Shown: piece after piece, positions 48,547-58,377 of the stretch
Layout: the number at the start of each line of letters is the position of its first letter
Numbering within the stretch: the first letter of the stretch is position 1
Source: Bryobacterales bacterium
GTDB taxonomy: Bacteria; Acidobacteriota; Terriglobia; Bryobacterales; Bryobacteraceae
Assembly: GCA_038239345.1 (NCBI GenBank)
Contig: JBBSEX010000013.1
Coordinates: 15,103 to 79,102, forward strand
Direction: 5' to 3'
Length of the DNA stretch: 64,000 bases
Notes under the pieces: generated by a model
The model's input: only the letters and a program-made list of their open reading frames with translations
The model's database searches: none
What the model was told of the DNA's origin: nothing
Translations under genes and position numbers: made by a program

Positions 48547-49970
48547 AAGACTTGTTGTTGATGAAGTTTGGCGGTACCAGCATGGGTTCCGCCGGGCGTA
48601 TGCGCATTGCCGCGGAGATAGTCGCCGACCAAGGCAAAACACGTCCCGTGGTCACCGTCGTCTCGGCCATGTCGAAGGTAACCGATTTGTTGCTCGATTC
48701 TCTTCGTAAGGCTGAGACGGGCGACAGGGCCGGCCTTGAGATGAACCTCGCTGCCCTCCGCGAACGGCACCTGACCACCAGCCGCGAGCTTTTGCCGCCC
48801 GAGATGCAGGAGCGGGTCAACGTCGGGCTGATGTTGCTGCTCTCGCAGTTTGAACGAATCTCCAGCGGAATTCTAATGCTGGGGGAACGTCCTCCGCGAT
48901 CCGTCGATGAAGCGATTGCCATCGGCGAACGGCTCTCCGCGATGCTCATGGCCAGCCATCTGGAAGCCGAAGGATTGCGCGGTGTCGCTATCAACGGCGC
49001 CGAGTTGATCGTCACCGACAATGTCTTCGGCAACGCCACTCCGTTGATGAAGCACACTCGCGAAAAAGCTTCTGCCCGCCTGTTGCCGCTGCTCAAGGAA
49101 AACATGCTGCCCATCGTCACCGGCTTCAACGGCGCCACGATGGATGGTAAACCAACTACCCTGGGACGCGGCGGTTCCGATTTCTCGGCGTCAATTTTAG
49201 CTGCATCCCTGGACGCCAGCGAACTATGGATCTGGACCGACGTCGATGGCATCATGACCGCCGATCCGCGCCTGGTATCCGATGCCGCCGTCCTTAGCGA
49301 AGTAACTTATCGCGAAGCCGCTGAGCTGGCTTATAACGGCGCCAAGGTTCTGCATCCCCGCACGCTAGCTCCGCTGGTGGAGCGGCAAATTCCGGTGTGG
49401 AGTAAGAATAGCTTCGCGCTCGATAAGCCTGGAACGAAGATCGTGACGCGCATTCAAGGTTCGCACGGGCCGCGCGCGGTTACTTCCATGGCCAATGTCG
49501 CGTTGATCGCCATTGAGCCCGCCAATGCCGCCATGCCCGGAGTGAAGTTGATGACCCGCGTTCTGGGTGCGCTCTCCCGATCCGGCGCGGAAGTGCTGGC
49601 CATCACCAGTTCCAGTTATCGCCAGACGTTTTGTTTCCTCGTTCGACAGGAAGAACTGCGTCCGGTTCTGGAACATCTGGAGCAGAATCTTTCCATCGAA
49701 CTCGCCCACGGCTACGTGAAACCGATTGAGGTGGATCGGAACGTCGGCTTACTGGCGATCGTCGGCGAAGGGATGCAAGGTACACCCGGACTCGCCGGCC
49801 GGATCTTCACGGCGATCTCCCGCGAAGAAGTGAATATCATCGCTATCGCCCAAGGTTCCAGTGAATTGACAATCGCCATCGTGGTGCGGCGCGACGGGCT
49901 GGAGAAAGCCGTGCGCGCGGTGCATAAAGAATGTGAGATGGGTGCCGTAAATGTGGTGCGGACGGCTTAA
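48543..49970 (+). CDS. Aspartate kinase with tandem C-terminal ACT domains
   Basis: The 475-aa product contains MKFGGTSMG, VVSAMSKVTDLL, GRGGSDFSA and WTDVDGIMTADPR. The TTG start overlaps the cmk stop. An alternative ATG lies at 48561. Confidence 0.9.
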   Translation: MKDLLLMKFGGTSMGSAGRMRIAAEIVADQGKTRPVVTVVSAMSKVTDLLLDSLRKAETGDRAGLEMNLAALRERHLTTSRELLPPEMQERVNVGLMLLLSQFERISSGILMLGERPPRSVDEAIAIGERLSAMLMASHLEAEGLRGVAINGAELIVTDNVFGNATPLMKHTREKASARLLPLLKENMLPIVTGFNGATMDGKPTTLGRGGSDFSASILAASLDASELWIWTDVDGIMTADPRLVSDAAVLSEVTYREAAELAYNGAKVLHPRTLAPLVERQIPVWSKNSFALDKPGTKIVTRIQGSHGPRAVTSMANVALIAIEPANAAMPGVKLMTRVLGALSRSGAEVLAITSSSYRQTFCFLVRQEELRPVLEHLEQNLSIELAHGYVKPIEVDRNVGLLAIVGEGMQGTPGLAGRIFTAISREEVNIIAIAQGSSELTIAIVVRRDGLEKAVRAVHKECEMGAVNVVRTA

Positions 49971-50602
49971 TGCTGTGTTGGCGCATCCACCAGTTCGACG
50001 CCCGGGGGCACCTTGAATTGGAACATCGCGCCGTTCAGCGAAGGATTTATCTTCTCATCGGCGAACAGATAATCGATGACGGAAAGATCCTGCCCGGTCA
50101 CCGATAATTTTAAAATCTGAAACTGCGGCGTCACCAGAAATGCAACTTGATTATAGGGCAGCTTGTCGGATTTCGGCTGTGCCGTCAGCAGCGTATTTTC
50201 GCCTTGCTGCTGCGCTTTGATGTCGCGAAATTCCTTGTTGAAATCTAAACGGCCCAGCAGGAACGCCAGCGGCGCTCGCATGTCTTCCGCTTCTTTCAAC
50301 TTCATCTTCTCCACTCGTTTCGCGTCGGGATTGTAGTAATAAATCTCTTTGCCGTCGGAGACGAACAGCTTGCCCGCGGGCGACTCGTATTCCCAACGCA
50401 TCTTGCCAGGCTTGCGTAGAAACAGTTGTCCACTCTCGGTCTTTCTTCCGCGGCCTTGCACAACGTAGGTCTCTGAAAAGTGCACTTGTAGGGTCTGCGC
50501 GCGGTTGTAATGCGACTCCACCGCTTTCATTGTCTGGTTCAGACTGGAATCGGCGGCCATCAGTATCGGTACAATCGCGAACAGAATCGCTGTCATTCTC
50601 AT
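49967..50602 (-). CDS. LolA-like outer-membrane lipoprotein carrier protein
   Basis: The signal peptide is MRMTAILFAIVPILMAAD. The segment YNRAQTLQVHFSETYVVQGRGRKTESGQLFLRKPGKMRWEYESPAGKLFVSDGKEIYYYNP is the LolA fold signature. The longer track ORF (to 50776) would overlap pdxH, so I rejected it. Confidence 0.75.
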   Translation of the reverse strand: MRMTAILFAIVPILMAADSSLNQTMKAVESHYNRAQTLQVHFSETYVVQGRGRKTESGQLFLRKPGKMRWEYESPAGKLFVSDGKEIYYYNPDAKRVEKMKLKEAEDMRAPLAFLLGRLDFNKEFRDIKAQQQGENTLLTAQPKSDKLPYNQVAFLVTPQFQILKLSVTGQDLSVIDYLFADEKINPSLNGAMFQFKVPPGVELVDAPTQH

Positions 50603-50624
50603 CCCATTCGTATTGACGGATTCG

Positions 50625-51269
50625 CTATGGAGAAAGACGTTCGATACGCCATGATTCCCCCTCCGGCCAATAGCGGATTCGATCGTGCAGGCGGCTGCGG
50701 CGTCCTTGCCAGAATTCGAAACAGCCGGGCTTAACGCGATAACCTCCCCAGAAATCGGGCAACGGAACTTCACCATCGGAATATTCCGCCGTCAAGCGAG
50801 CCATTTCGCTTTCCAGAAATTCGCGCCCCGAAATTACAGAACTTTGCCGGGAGATCGATGCTCCCAAACGGCTGGCCACGGGGCGCGTGCGGAAGTAGGC
50901 CCCTGAGTCTTCGCGGGTCACCTTTAGAACCGTCCCGGTGATACGGATCTGGCGCTCCAGTTCGGCCCAATAGAAAACCAAAGCGGCGTTCGGATTGCCA
51001 GCCAGTTCGCGCCCCTTCTGGCTCTCATAGTTCGTGTAAAAGACAAACCCCTGTTCGTCGAATCCTTTCAGCAAAACGATGCGCGCGTCCGGACGGCACT
51101 GCGAATCCACCGTCGCCAGCGTCATCGCGTTCGGCTCTTTTAACTCCGACGCCAGTGCTTGTAGAAACCATTTCTCGAACTGCCGTAACGGGTCGGGATC
51201 GACATCCGCCTCATTCAGCGCCGCCAATTTGTAATCCAGCCGTAAATCGGCAATGCTAAGCGGCTCCAT
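50625..51269 (-). CDS. pdxH: Pyridoxamine/pyridoxine 5'-phosphate oxidase
   Basis: The product contains NAMTLATVDSQCRPDARIVLLKGFDEQGFVFYTNYESQKGRE and FEFWQGRRSRLHDRIRY. The start ATG at 51269-51267 overlaps the upstream stop as TGATG. Confidence 0.9.
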   Translation of the reverse strand: MEPLSIADLRLDYKLAALNEADVDPDPLRQFEKWFLQALASELKEPNAMTLATVDSQCRPDARIVLLKGFDEQGFVFYTNYESQKGRELAGNPNAALVFYWAELERQIRITGTVLKVTREDSGAYFRTRPVASRLGASISRQSSVISGREFLESEMARLTAEYSDGEVPLPDFWGGYRVKPGCFEFWQGRRSRLHDRIRYWPEGESWRIERLSP

Positions 51270-52819
51270 CAGATCTTGAACTCTATACCCTGCGCCAGCG
51301 GAAGTTCGCTTGACCAATTAATAGTTACCGTCTGACGGCGCATGTAAGCCTTCCACGAATCGCTGCCCGATTCGCGTCCACCGCCTGTTTCCTTTTCGCC
51401 GCCGAAGGCACCGCCAATCTCCGCCCCGCTGGTCCCGATGTTGACGTTCGCGATTCCACAGTCGCTACCGCGTGCGCTAAGAAAGGTCTCGGCGGAAATC
51501 AGGCTCGTAGTAAATATCGCCGACGATAATCCTTGCGGAACATTATTGTGCCATTCGATGGCTTCTTCCAGATGGTCGAACTCCACCAGATAGAGGATCG
51601 GCGCGAAAATCTCCAGCTTCAGGATGGACATCCGCTCATGCGCCCGCACCAGTGTTGGCGTGACGTAGCAGCCGCCCGGTGAATTCAGCTCACTGCCGCC
51701 GGCGAGAATTTCGCCGTACTGTTCCTTGATGTCTTCAATGCCGTCCATCATCCGGCGAACGGCGCCCGGCTCAATCAGCGGTCCAACCAGCGTCTTTGGG
51801 TCAAGCGGATTGCCCACCTGCAATTGCTTATACACATTCACCAGTTGCTCGGTGAACTTTTGGGCGATCGGCTTGTGAAGAAATATCCGCCGAATGCTGG
51901 TGCAACGCTGTCCCGCGGTTCCCACGGCACCAAACACAGCGGCCCGTAAAGCCAAGTCGAGGTTCGCGTCTTCCATCACGATCATGCCGTTGTTACCGCC
52001 TAGTTCCAGCAGCGTTCGTCCATAGCGCGCGCCCACCACTTCCGCAACTCGAGCACCCATGCGCGACGAACCGGTAGCGCTGATCAGCGGAAGACGCTTG
52101 TCGATCAGCATCCGTTCGCCCACGGCTTCGTCGGTACCGATCACCAGATTGACGACGCCTTTCCACCCGTGCCGGTCAAGCACGCGATTACAAATATTCT
52201 GCACCGCGATCGCGGTCAGCGGCGTTCGCAACGATGGCTTCCAGACAACGCAATCGCCGCAGACCATCGCGATCAACGCGTTCCAACTCCACACCGCCAC
52301 CGGAAAATTAAACGCCGAAATCACACCCACGATTCCCAACGGATGCCACTGTTCATACATCCGGTGCTCCGGGCGTTCACTGTGCGTCGTCAAGCCGTAA
52401 AGCTGGCGCGAGAGTCCCACGGCGAAATCGGCGATGTCGATCATCTCCTGCACTTCGCCCTTACCCTCGGCCAGGATCTTACCCATCTCCAGCGTTACCA
52501 GAGTGCCAAGATCGTCCTTGTAACGGCGCAGTTCGTCGCCAATCTCGCGTACGATTTCGCCACGCTTGGGCGCTGGCAACAATCGCCATTTCTTGAACGT
52601 TGCCGCCGCATGCCACAGGACGTCGTCGTATTCTTCTTCTTCGGCCAGTCGGACGCGAGCGATTTCCTTGCCGTCAATCGGACTGATGGATGCGATTTCC
52701 TCACCCTCCGTATCGATCCACTCGCCCCAGCACGCGCCGGAATTCACGGCTTGAATTCCCAAACGCTCCAGTAACTCGCGGTAGTGCGTCGCTTCCACTA
52801 ATGAGTCCGTGCTAACCAT
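51269..52819 (-). CDS. ALDH7-type aldehyde dehydrogenase (alpha-aminoadipic semialdehyde / piperideine-6-carboxylate dehydrogenase-like)
   Basis: The 516-aa product contains LEMGKILAEGKGEVQEMIDIADFAVGLSRQLYG (ALDH7 hallmark), FNFPVAVWSWN, ELGGNN and GQRCTS (catalytic Cys). Confidence 0.88.
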   Translation of the reverse strand: MVSTDSLVEATHYRELLERLGIQAVNSGACWGEWIDTEGEEIASISPIDGKEIARVRLAEEEEYDDVLWHAAATFKKWRLLPAPKRGEIVREIGDELRRYKDDLGTLVTLEMGKILAEGKGEVQEMIDIADFAVGLSRQLYGLTTHSERPEHRMYEQWHPLGIVGVISAFNFPVAVWSWNALIAMVCGDCVVWKPSLRTPLTAIAVQNICNRVLDRHGWKGVVNLVIGTDEAVGERMLIDKRLPLISATGSSRMGARVAEVVGARYGRTLLELGGNNGMIVMEDANLDLALRAAVFGAVGTAGQRCTSIRRIFLHKPIAQKFTEQLVNVYKQLQVGNPLDPKTLVGPLIEPGAVRRMMDGIEDIKEQYGEILAGGSELNSPGGCYVTPTLVRAHERMSILKLEIFAPILYLVEFDHLEEAIEWHNNVPQGLSSAIFTTSLISAETFLSARGSDCGIANVNIGTSGAEIGGAFGGEKETGGGRESGSDSWKAYMRRQTVTINWSSELPLAQGIEFKI

Positions 52820-53649
52820 GAGAATCCTTCCGGCCCGGTGGCGAATCGCTTTCCCGCCAAGGCCGCCTTGTCTTTGATCTGCTGAATCACTTCGGCTTGA
52901 AATTGTGGATCAAGCCATTCTGAAAACGATCTCACTTTACTGATGCGCCAAGCCCCGTCGCCAGTGGTTGCGCCGTTACGCTTCACGGAGCGCACGTGCA
53001 GCGGATCTCCTATTAGATCATTGCCAGTCGCATCGATTACCGCCGTCACCAGATGCCCGATGTTCGAAGGCAACAGCGGCGAAAGCGTAGCGTAAGTCTC
53101 AATGCCAGCCTGCCGAAGTCGGCGGATGGTGGCAATTCGCTCCTCGAAGGTCGCGCAGAACGGCTCATACCAGCGGCGAACATCCTCGCGGTCTGTCGTG
53201 ACAGAAAAACTCACACGCAAAATCGTGCGCCGGGAGACCTCCAGCAGCTTCCCAAGATCCCGCAGAATAAGTGGCCCGCGCGTCTGCACAGTGAACGCTA
53301 ACGGTGGCGATTGAATAACACAATCCAGTATCCGGGGCATCATCCGCTCCGTTTCCTCAGCAGGCTGATAAGGGTCTACCAACGGCGAGCAATAGATGAT
53401 CTGATCGGGCCGCAAGGCCTTCTCCAATAGGCTTGGCGCGTTGCTCTTAAACGTTGTGAATTGTCCCCAGCGTTTCCAATCTTCCGGTTTTAGCCCGCCT
53501 TGCACGCGCATCGTCGGCACATAACAGTAGGTACAGCCGAACGTGCAATTCCGCGCTGGCGTCAGCGAATGCGTGAACCCGGCTTCGGCAATGAAGCCCG
53601 ATGTTCTGCTAAGAATGCTTTTCGCCTCGGCCCGGAGGATGGGGAACAC
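52798..53649 (-). CDS. Radical-SAM protein of the SplB/DNA-photolyase-like (COG1533-type) group
   Basis: The 283-aa product has NCTFGCTYCYV (CX3CX2C) near the N-terminus and the DPYQP motif. It overlaps the ALDH start by 22 nt. Confidence 0.7.
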   Translation of the reverse strand: MFPILRAEAKSILSRTSGFIAEAGFTHSLTPARNCTFGCTYCYVPTMRVQGGLKPEDWKRWGQFTTFKSNAPSLLEKALRPDQIIYCSPLVDPYQPAEETERMMPRILDCVIQSPPLAFTVQTRGPLILRDLGKLLEVSRRTILRVSFSVTTDREDVRRWYEPFCATFEERIATIRRLRQAGIETYATLSPLLPSNIGHLVTAVIDATGNDLIGDPLHVRSVKRNGATTGDGAWRISKVRSFSEWLDPQFQAEVIQQIKDKAALAGKRFATGPEGFSWLARTH

Positions 53650-53670
53650 GACTCCATTTTACGGGGCTGA

Positions 53671-55323
53671 ATGCCACGATTATTTGGACGTCAGGCTACG
53701 CTCCCCCAAGCGCGACCGTGCGACCCTGAGTCAGTGATCATTCGCTCTGCTTGCGCCATTGCCATCTTCCTGTTCCAAGTGGATAACATCGCGCCTCCGG
53801 CAATCGATCAGGGGAGCGTCGTGAATGCCGCCAGCCTCATCCCCGGCAGCCTGGCTAGTGGATCGCTGGCCCGCGGTTCGCGCTTCCGCCTTCACGGACT
53901 TCGCTTTGGTCCGGGCGCGGCCGTTTCCATCGAACAGAATGGTCATTCCACCGCCGCCCAGGTTCTTTCCGCGGACACAGAGACACTCGAAGCCTTGCTT
54001 TCCCCTGCGACGCCCACGGGCGAAAGCAACCTCATCGTTTCCTTCGAAGGCCGGCGGAGTCGCCCTTATCCTCTCCGCATCGTCGATAGCAGCTTCGGAA
54101 TCTTCAGCGCCAATCGCCAGGGCTGGGGACCCGCGATCCCGCCAACCCCCATCCATCCCGGACAGTCCGTTGTGCTCACTGGGACGGGCGCCGGCGTCCA
54201 GCCACATAACGTTCTGGTTACGGTTGGTGGCGTTTCGGCAATCAAATTTTCCGTCGATCCGGGTACCACCGGCCTGGATCGCCTTACCTTCACCATCCCC
54301 ATGAATTCACCCGCGGGCTGCTGGGTCCCGATTCAGGCTGAAATCGATGGCATCTCCAGCAATGTAGTTACCCTGCCGATCACCCATGAAAATGAGCCTT
54401 GCGCCACAAACGACCCCTGGTTCGCGAAATCGAAACCACGAGGCAGGTCGGCTTGGATTGTTCTCATGCGTTCGAAAATTCTCCTTGAGCTCCTGCCCGG
54501 CAAGCGCGTCGATTTCACCATCGACAGTGCCCTCGCCGGTTTTAATAATGCGCTTGCAGCGCCGCTGGACCCGACGCCATTTGAGCTCATCCCTCCCATT
54601 GGCGCCTGCGCGATGTACGCCACCAGAGTGGATGCCCAGTCCTTCCTGCTGCCATCGCTCGTGCGTCAAACCGTGTCCGGACGCGATCTGAATCTTGGCC
54701 CGAAAGTAGCCACCGAAACGAAGATGATTCCCGATCTCGATGCCGGTCCGGCCTTCCTCGTCAGCGGTCCACGCGGCCGACAAAGTGTCGAACGATCCAT
54801 CCACCCACCCCGCGTCTACACAGCCGTTTTAGGGGGCAATCCACCATTCACGCGCATTCAACCCAAGCCATTATTTCTCTCACCCGGGACTTACGTCGCG
54901 CATATCGCCGGGGGCGCCGATATTTCGGCTTTCGATAGCCGCATCAAAGTCCAACCGCCAATCGAATGGACGAATGAAAAAGAAATGACATCGCTCGATA
55001 GGAAAAGTGGATTCACGGTGCGTTGGCGCGTTCACGACAAAAGCTCCGTCGTTCCCATCCTCGCCGTAAATGTGGATCGTACAAACAGTACCGTGGGTGT
55101 TTGCGTGTGCCTGGCGAAAGGCTCCGCGGGTTCGTTCCGCATCCCGGCGCGGATGTTGGCAAATCTTCCCGTCACTGCCGAAGCGGGGACGGATCTCTCG
55201 TTGGGCTTCGTCGCCATCGGTTCAGCGCCAGCCAACCAGCCTGCGCCCATTCAGACACCGTCGATTGATTCCGGCTACGCTGCATTCGTTTCCATGGCCG
55301 GACGCAGCGTGCCTATTCGATAA
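53671..55323 (+). CDS. Hypothetical secreted protein with an N-terminal Ig-like region resembling the Solibacter-type (TIGR03437-like) domain
   Basis: The 550-aa product contains VVNAASLIPGSLASGSLARGSRFRLHGLRFG ... SFGIFSANRQGWGPAI ... PGQSVVLTGTGAG ... VTVGGVSA. The rest has no motif I recognise. The start codon and signal peptide are uncertain. Confidence 0.45.
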   Translation: MPRLFGRQATLPQARPCDPESVIIRSACAIAIFLFQVDNIAPPAIDQGSVVNAASLIPGSLASGSLARGSRFRLHGLRFGPGAAVSIEQNGHSTAAQVLSADTETLEALLSPATPTGESNLIVSFEGRRSRPYPLRIVDSSFGIFSANRQGWGPAIPPTPIHPGQSVVLTGTGAGVQPHNVLVTVGGVSAIKFSVDPGTTGLDRLTFTIPMNSPAGCWVPIQAEIDGISSNVVTLPITHENEPCATNDPWFAKSKPRGRSAWIVLMRSKILLELLPGKRVDFTIDSALAGFNNALAAPLDPTPFELIPPIGACAMYATRVDAQSFLLPSLVRQTVSGRDLNLGPKVATETKMIPDLDAGPAFLVSGPRGRQSVERSIHPPRVYTAVLGGNPPFTRIQPKPLFLSPGTYVAHIAGGADISAFDSRIKVQPPIEWTNEKEMTSLDRKSGFTVRWRVHDKSSVVPILAVNVDRTNSTVGVCVCLAKGSAGSFRIPARMLANLPVTAEAGTDLSLGFVAIGSAPANQPAPIQTPSIDSGYAAFVSMAGRSVPIR

Positions 55324-55325
55324 AG

Positions 55326-58300
55326 TTAGGGCTGGATCGCGACGGTCAGATTATCCTGCGAATTGCCGCTTCCAATGGTTACCAAAACCTTCTTATCGCC
55401 CGCCGTTGTGATCGCCACCGGAACGCGAACGTTTATCTGGAACACTCCCGCTACCACTCCGGGAACCGCTCCCGCATAGAGGATCTCCGTCGCCGCCTGC
55501 CCATCGATCGTGATCGAAACAGGTTGCGCGATCTTCGGATAAACCCCGTTCGCGATTTTTCCATTCACTCCCGCAGGATTGGTTTGGCCTTCGCCGGTTC
55601 CATAAAGAACGATAATGTCGCCGGGCTTTGCCGGGTTCTGGGCGGTGTTCGCCGAGCTGTTCTGGTTATAGATGGAGCCCTGCCCCGTGCCCTGTGAATT
55701 GATGGCGAACAGCCCCGGTTGCGATGCGCCCACATTCACGCTGAATGCCGGAGAGCTTAAGCCGTTCACCGTCACCACCACTTGCGTCGCCGTTTTTCCA
55801 ACCACATCATAGGGAACAATAACGCTGGTTTGCGTGCTTAACGCATACACGACCGGCGCCGCCACACCATCGAACAGGACTCGCGTCCCTGCCACACTCG
55901 TGTTCAGCGTGCCGTCCGGTCCATCGAAACCGGCCAAGGTCAGCGTCGCCGGTCCGATGCCTTTACCAAACAGCGTGATCACTTCACCGCCTGTTACGGA
56001 CCCCGTCGCGTAGCTTGCCCCGTTCGCGATCGCCGCAATACTGACCGGCGAATCCAGCCCCGGAATATCCGTGATCTTCGTCACGAACGCATCGCCGTAC
56101 GGCTCGGCATAGCCGCCTGAGCCCCCATAGGTTTTCTGCAGCGGAGTTGTAGTCAGAGGAAAATCGCTCGAGGCCGATGCTCCGGTTAAGTAGACGTTGC
56201 CGGCTCCATCAATCGCCAGGCCCGCGGCTGTATCGTCGCGTTTCCCGCCCAGGTAGGTCGCGAATAAGACGGTGTCGCCCGCCGGGTTCAGCTTCGCTAG
56301 AAAGGCGTCGCCAATCGGCTGGCTGGATCCGCCCGATCCGCCATAAGTTTTTTGTAGCGCTGCCGCGGTAACCGGAAAATCCGCCGAGTTCGTCTGCCCC
56401 GAGATATACGCGCTGCCTGCTCCATCCACGCGTATGGCCCATCCCGCGTCGTCGCCCAAACCTCCCAAATAAGTTGAGTACACCAGTGCCGAGCCCGCGG
56501 GATTCAACTTCGTCACGAAAGCATCGCCGTAAAAAAACGCCACCTGCTGCGCGGAGGATGTCGACGTCAGCGGACCTTTGAATGTCTTCTGGATGGCCGC
56601 CGCCGTAACCGGAAAATTGGTCGACGATGTTGCACCCGTGGCGTACACTGCTCCTGTATCATCCACCGCCAGGCCGAACACGCCGTCGTCTCTATTTCCA
56701 CCCAGCAGCGTGGAGTAAACCATCGCTCCGCTAGCGTTGAACTTAGCGATAAAGCCGTCGCCCAGCTTAAAAACCGGTTGATAGACATCGTCGGCGATTC
56801 CGCCCAGGGTTCTCTGGAACGCTCCGGCCGAGGTCGGGAAATCGCTAGATTGCGTGGAGCCGCCGACGTACGTATTGCCCGCGCTATCCACCGCGATCGA
56901 CGTCAGAATGTCGTCCTTGGATCCTCCCAGGTAAGTCGCAAATAACAGGCTCGAACCCGTGGAATTGAGCTTGGCGATGAATGCGTCTCCGCCATTGAAG
57001 AGAGGTCCGGACGGATCGAATTCGGGATTGCCGGCACCGCCTTTCAGCGACCCTTGAAATGCCCCTTGCGTCACTGGAAAGTTTGTCGAAAGCGTCACCC
57101 CACCCACGTAGGCATTTCCCGCGTTATCGACAGCGATCGCAATACCCCATTCATCGCGCGATCCCCCCAGATAGGTCGAATAGAGCAAGGCAGTGCCAGT
57201 CGCGTTAAGCTTCGTCACAAACGCATCGCCGCCAGGTTCCAAAGTGTTTCCGCCTGACCCTTGAAACGTCGTCCGAAAGGCTCCCGCGGTTGTTGGGAAG
57301 TTCGTCGAATTCGTGAACCCCGTCACGTACGCGTTTCCACTGGAATCGATCGCGATGCCCAGCCCCGCATCGTCGGCTGAGCCGCCCAAATAGGTCAAAT
57401 AGATCAGAGCGCTACCCGCCGGATTGATCTTCGCCACGAAGGCGTCGCCGGTGAAGAAGTTCAAGCTCTCGCCACCGTAAGCGGGTTGAAAGCTGGAGCC
57501 GCTTACAGCCAGATTCTTCGATGTGGTCGCACCGGCGATATAGGCATTGCCAGCGGCGTCGACCGCGATCGAACGCGAGGAATCATTGGACGCGCCGCCC
57601 ACATAAGTCGAATAAGAAAGCACCGGATCGATCACCAGCGGCCGTGTCCGGTCATAGTCCGATACAACAAAGCCCACGCGATTCTTCGCCTTTAGCCGAT
57701 ACTCGCCGCGTACGGTTTTACGGCTGCCGCCAATGTTCTGATACACCACCGGCTTCAGCCAGCTGACCTCGCCGGCGCTCGTCGCAATCACCAGATCGCC
57801 TTGCCCGTTCACTCGAAGCCCTTCCGCTCCATCGATGTCGAATTCAATCCGTGCCGCGCTGGCGCCAGACTGCAAAATGAAATCGTATTCCAGTTGCCGT
57901 CCGTTGCCGTAGAAGACCAGGTCGATGCCGGGCCATACGGCCGTGTACCGCACCCGCCCGAACGCCGCAACATTCGTCAGCCACTTCGTGCGATCCTGAC
58001 CGCGCAAATAATTGGTGATGCCGCTCAACGGGTCCAGCGCAGTCAATGCGACGTTATCTTTGGCGTGCCGGAAGCGCGTTCGAATCGTCGCTCTTTTCCC
58101 TGAGCCCGCAAGTTCCAGCGTGCTGCCAGCCGGAGACAGACCGACGGCGTAATCCTGCCCCCGGGCAAGATAAGAGATAGAAGAGCCGGCCTGTCCGGCA
58201 TTTGCCTCAAACCGCAACGGAAGGCTGTCCAGCAGGAGCGAGGCTTTGGGGGTATCGGCTGCCAGGGAGGAAAGGAACAGTGCCTCGATAAACGTTACAG

Positions 58301-58331
58301 TGATAAGGATTGCGGAAGCATGCTTACTCAT
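55326..58331 (-). CDS. Secreted SBBP beta-propeller-repeat protein with a C-terminal TIGR03437-like domain
   Basis: The 1001-aa product has about 10 repeats of the form D..GNAY(V/I)(T/G)G.T.S..FP.T..A.Q (for example GNAYVTGFTNSTNFPTTAGAF). The C-terminus reads PGLFAINSQGTGQGSIYNQ...PGDIIVLYGTGEG...ILYAGAVPGVVAGVFQINVRVP. Confidence 0.8.
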   Translation of the reverse strand: MSKHASAILITVTFIEALFLSSLAADTPKASLLLDSLPLRFEANAGQAGSSISYLARGQDYAVGLSPAGSTLELAGSGKRATIRTRFRHAKDNVALTALDPLSGITNYLRGQDRTKWLTNVAAFGRVRYTAVWPGIDLVFYGNGRQLEYDFILQSGASAARIEFDIDGAEGLRVNGQGDLVIATSAGEVSWLKPVVYQNIGGSRKTVRGEYRLKAKNRVGFVVSDYDRTRPLVIDPVLSYSTYVGGASNDSSRSIAVDAAGNAYIAGATTSKNLAVSGSSFQPAYGGESLNFFTGDAFVAKINPAGSALIYLTYLGGSADDAGLGIAIDSSGNAYVTGFTNSTNFPTTAGAFRTTFQGSGGNTLEPGGDAFVTKLNATGTALLYSTYLGGSRDEWGIAIAVDNAGNAYVGGVTLSTNFPVTQGAFQGSLKGGAGNPEFDPSGPLFNGGDAFIAKLNSTGSSLLFATYLGGSKDDILTSIAVDSAGNTYVGGSTQSSDFPTSAGAFQRTLGGIADDVYQPVFKLGDGFIAKFNASGAMVYSTLLGGNRDDGVFGLAVDDTGAVYATGATSSTNFPVTAAAIQKTFKGPLTSTSSAQQVAFFYGDAFVTKLNPAGSALVYSTYLGGLGDDAGWAIRVDGAGSAYISGQTNSADFPVTAAALQKTYGGSGGSSQPIGDAFLAKLNPAGDTVLFATYLGGKRDDTAAGLAIDGAGNVYLTGASASSDFPLTTTPLQKTYGGSGGYAEPYGDAFVTKITDIPGLDSPVSIAAIANGASYATGSVTGGEVITLFGKGIGPATLTLAGFDGPDGTLNTSVAGTRVLFDGVAAPVVYALSTQTSVIVPYDVVGKTATQVVVTVNGLSSPAFSVNVGASQPGLFAINSQGTGQGSIYNQNSSANTAQNPAKPGDIIVLYGTGEGQTNPAGVNGKIANGVYPKIAQPVSITIDGQAATEILYAGAVPGVVAGVFQINVRVPVAITTAGDKKVLVTIGSGNSQDNLTVAIQP

Positions 58332-58377
58332 GTGGTGCCAATTTAACAGAACACTTTGGCTATTTTCTATAGGACTG

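Noticed and set aside
48467-49255. A 262-aa minus-strand ORF lies opposite the cmk end and the aspartate kinase gene.
   Set aside because: It is an antisense shadow ORF with Ser/Arg/Pro-rich composition and no motif.
50603-50776. A longer LolA-like ORF overlaps the 3' end of pdxH by 152 nt.
   Set aside because: The signal peptide starts at the internal Met (MRMTAILF...). The long form would bury it behind 58 unrelated residues.
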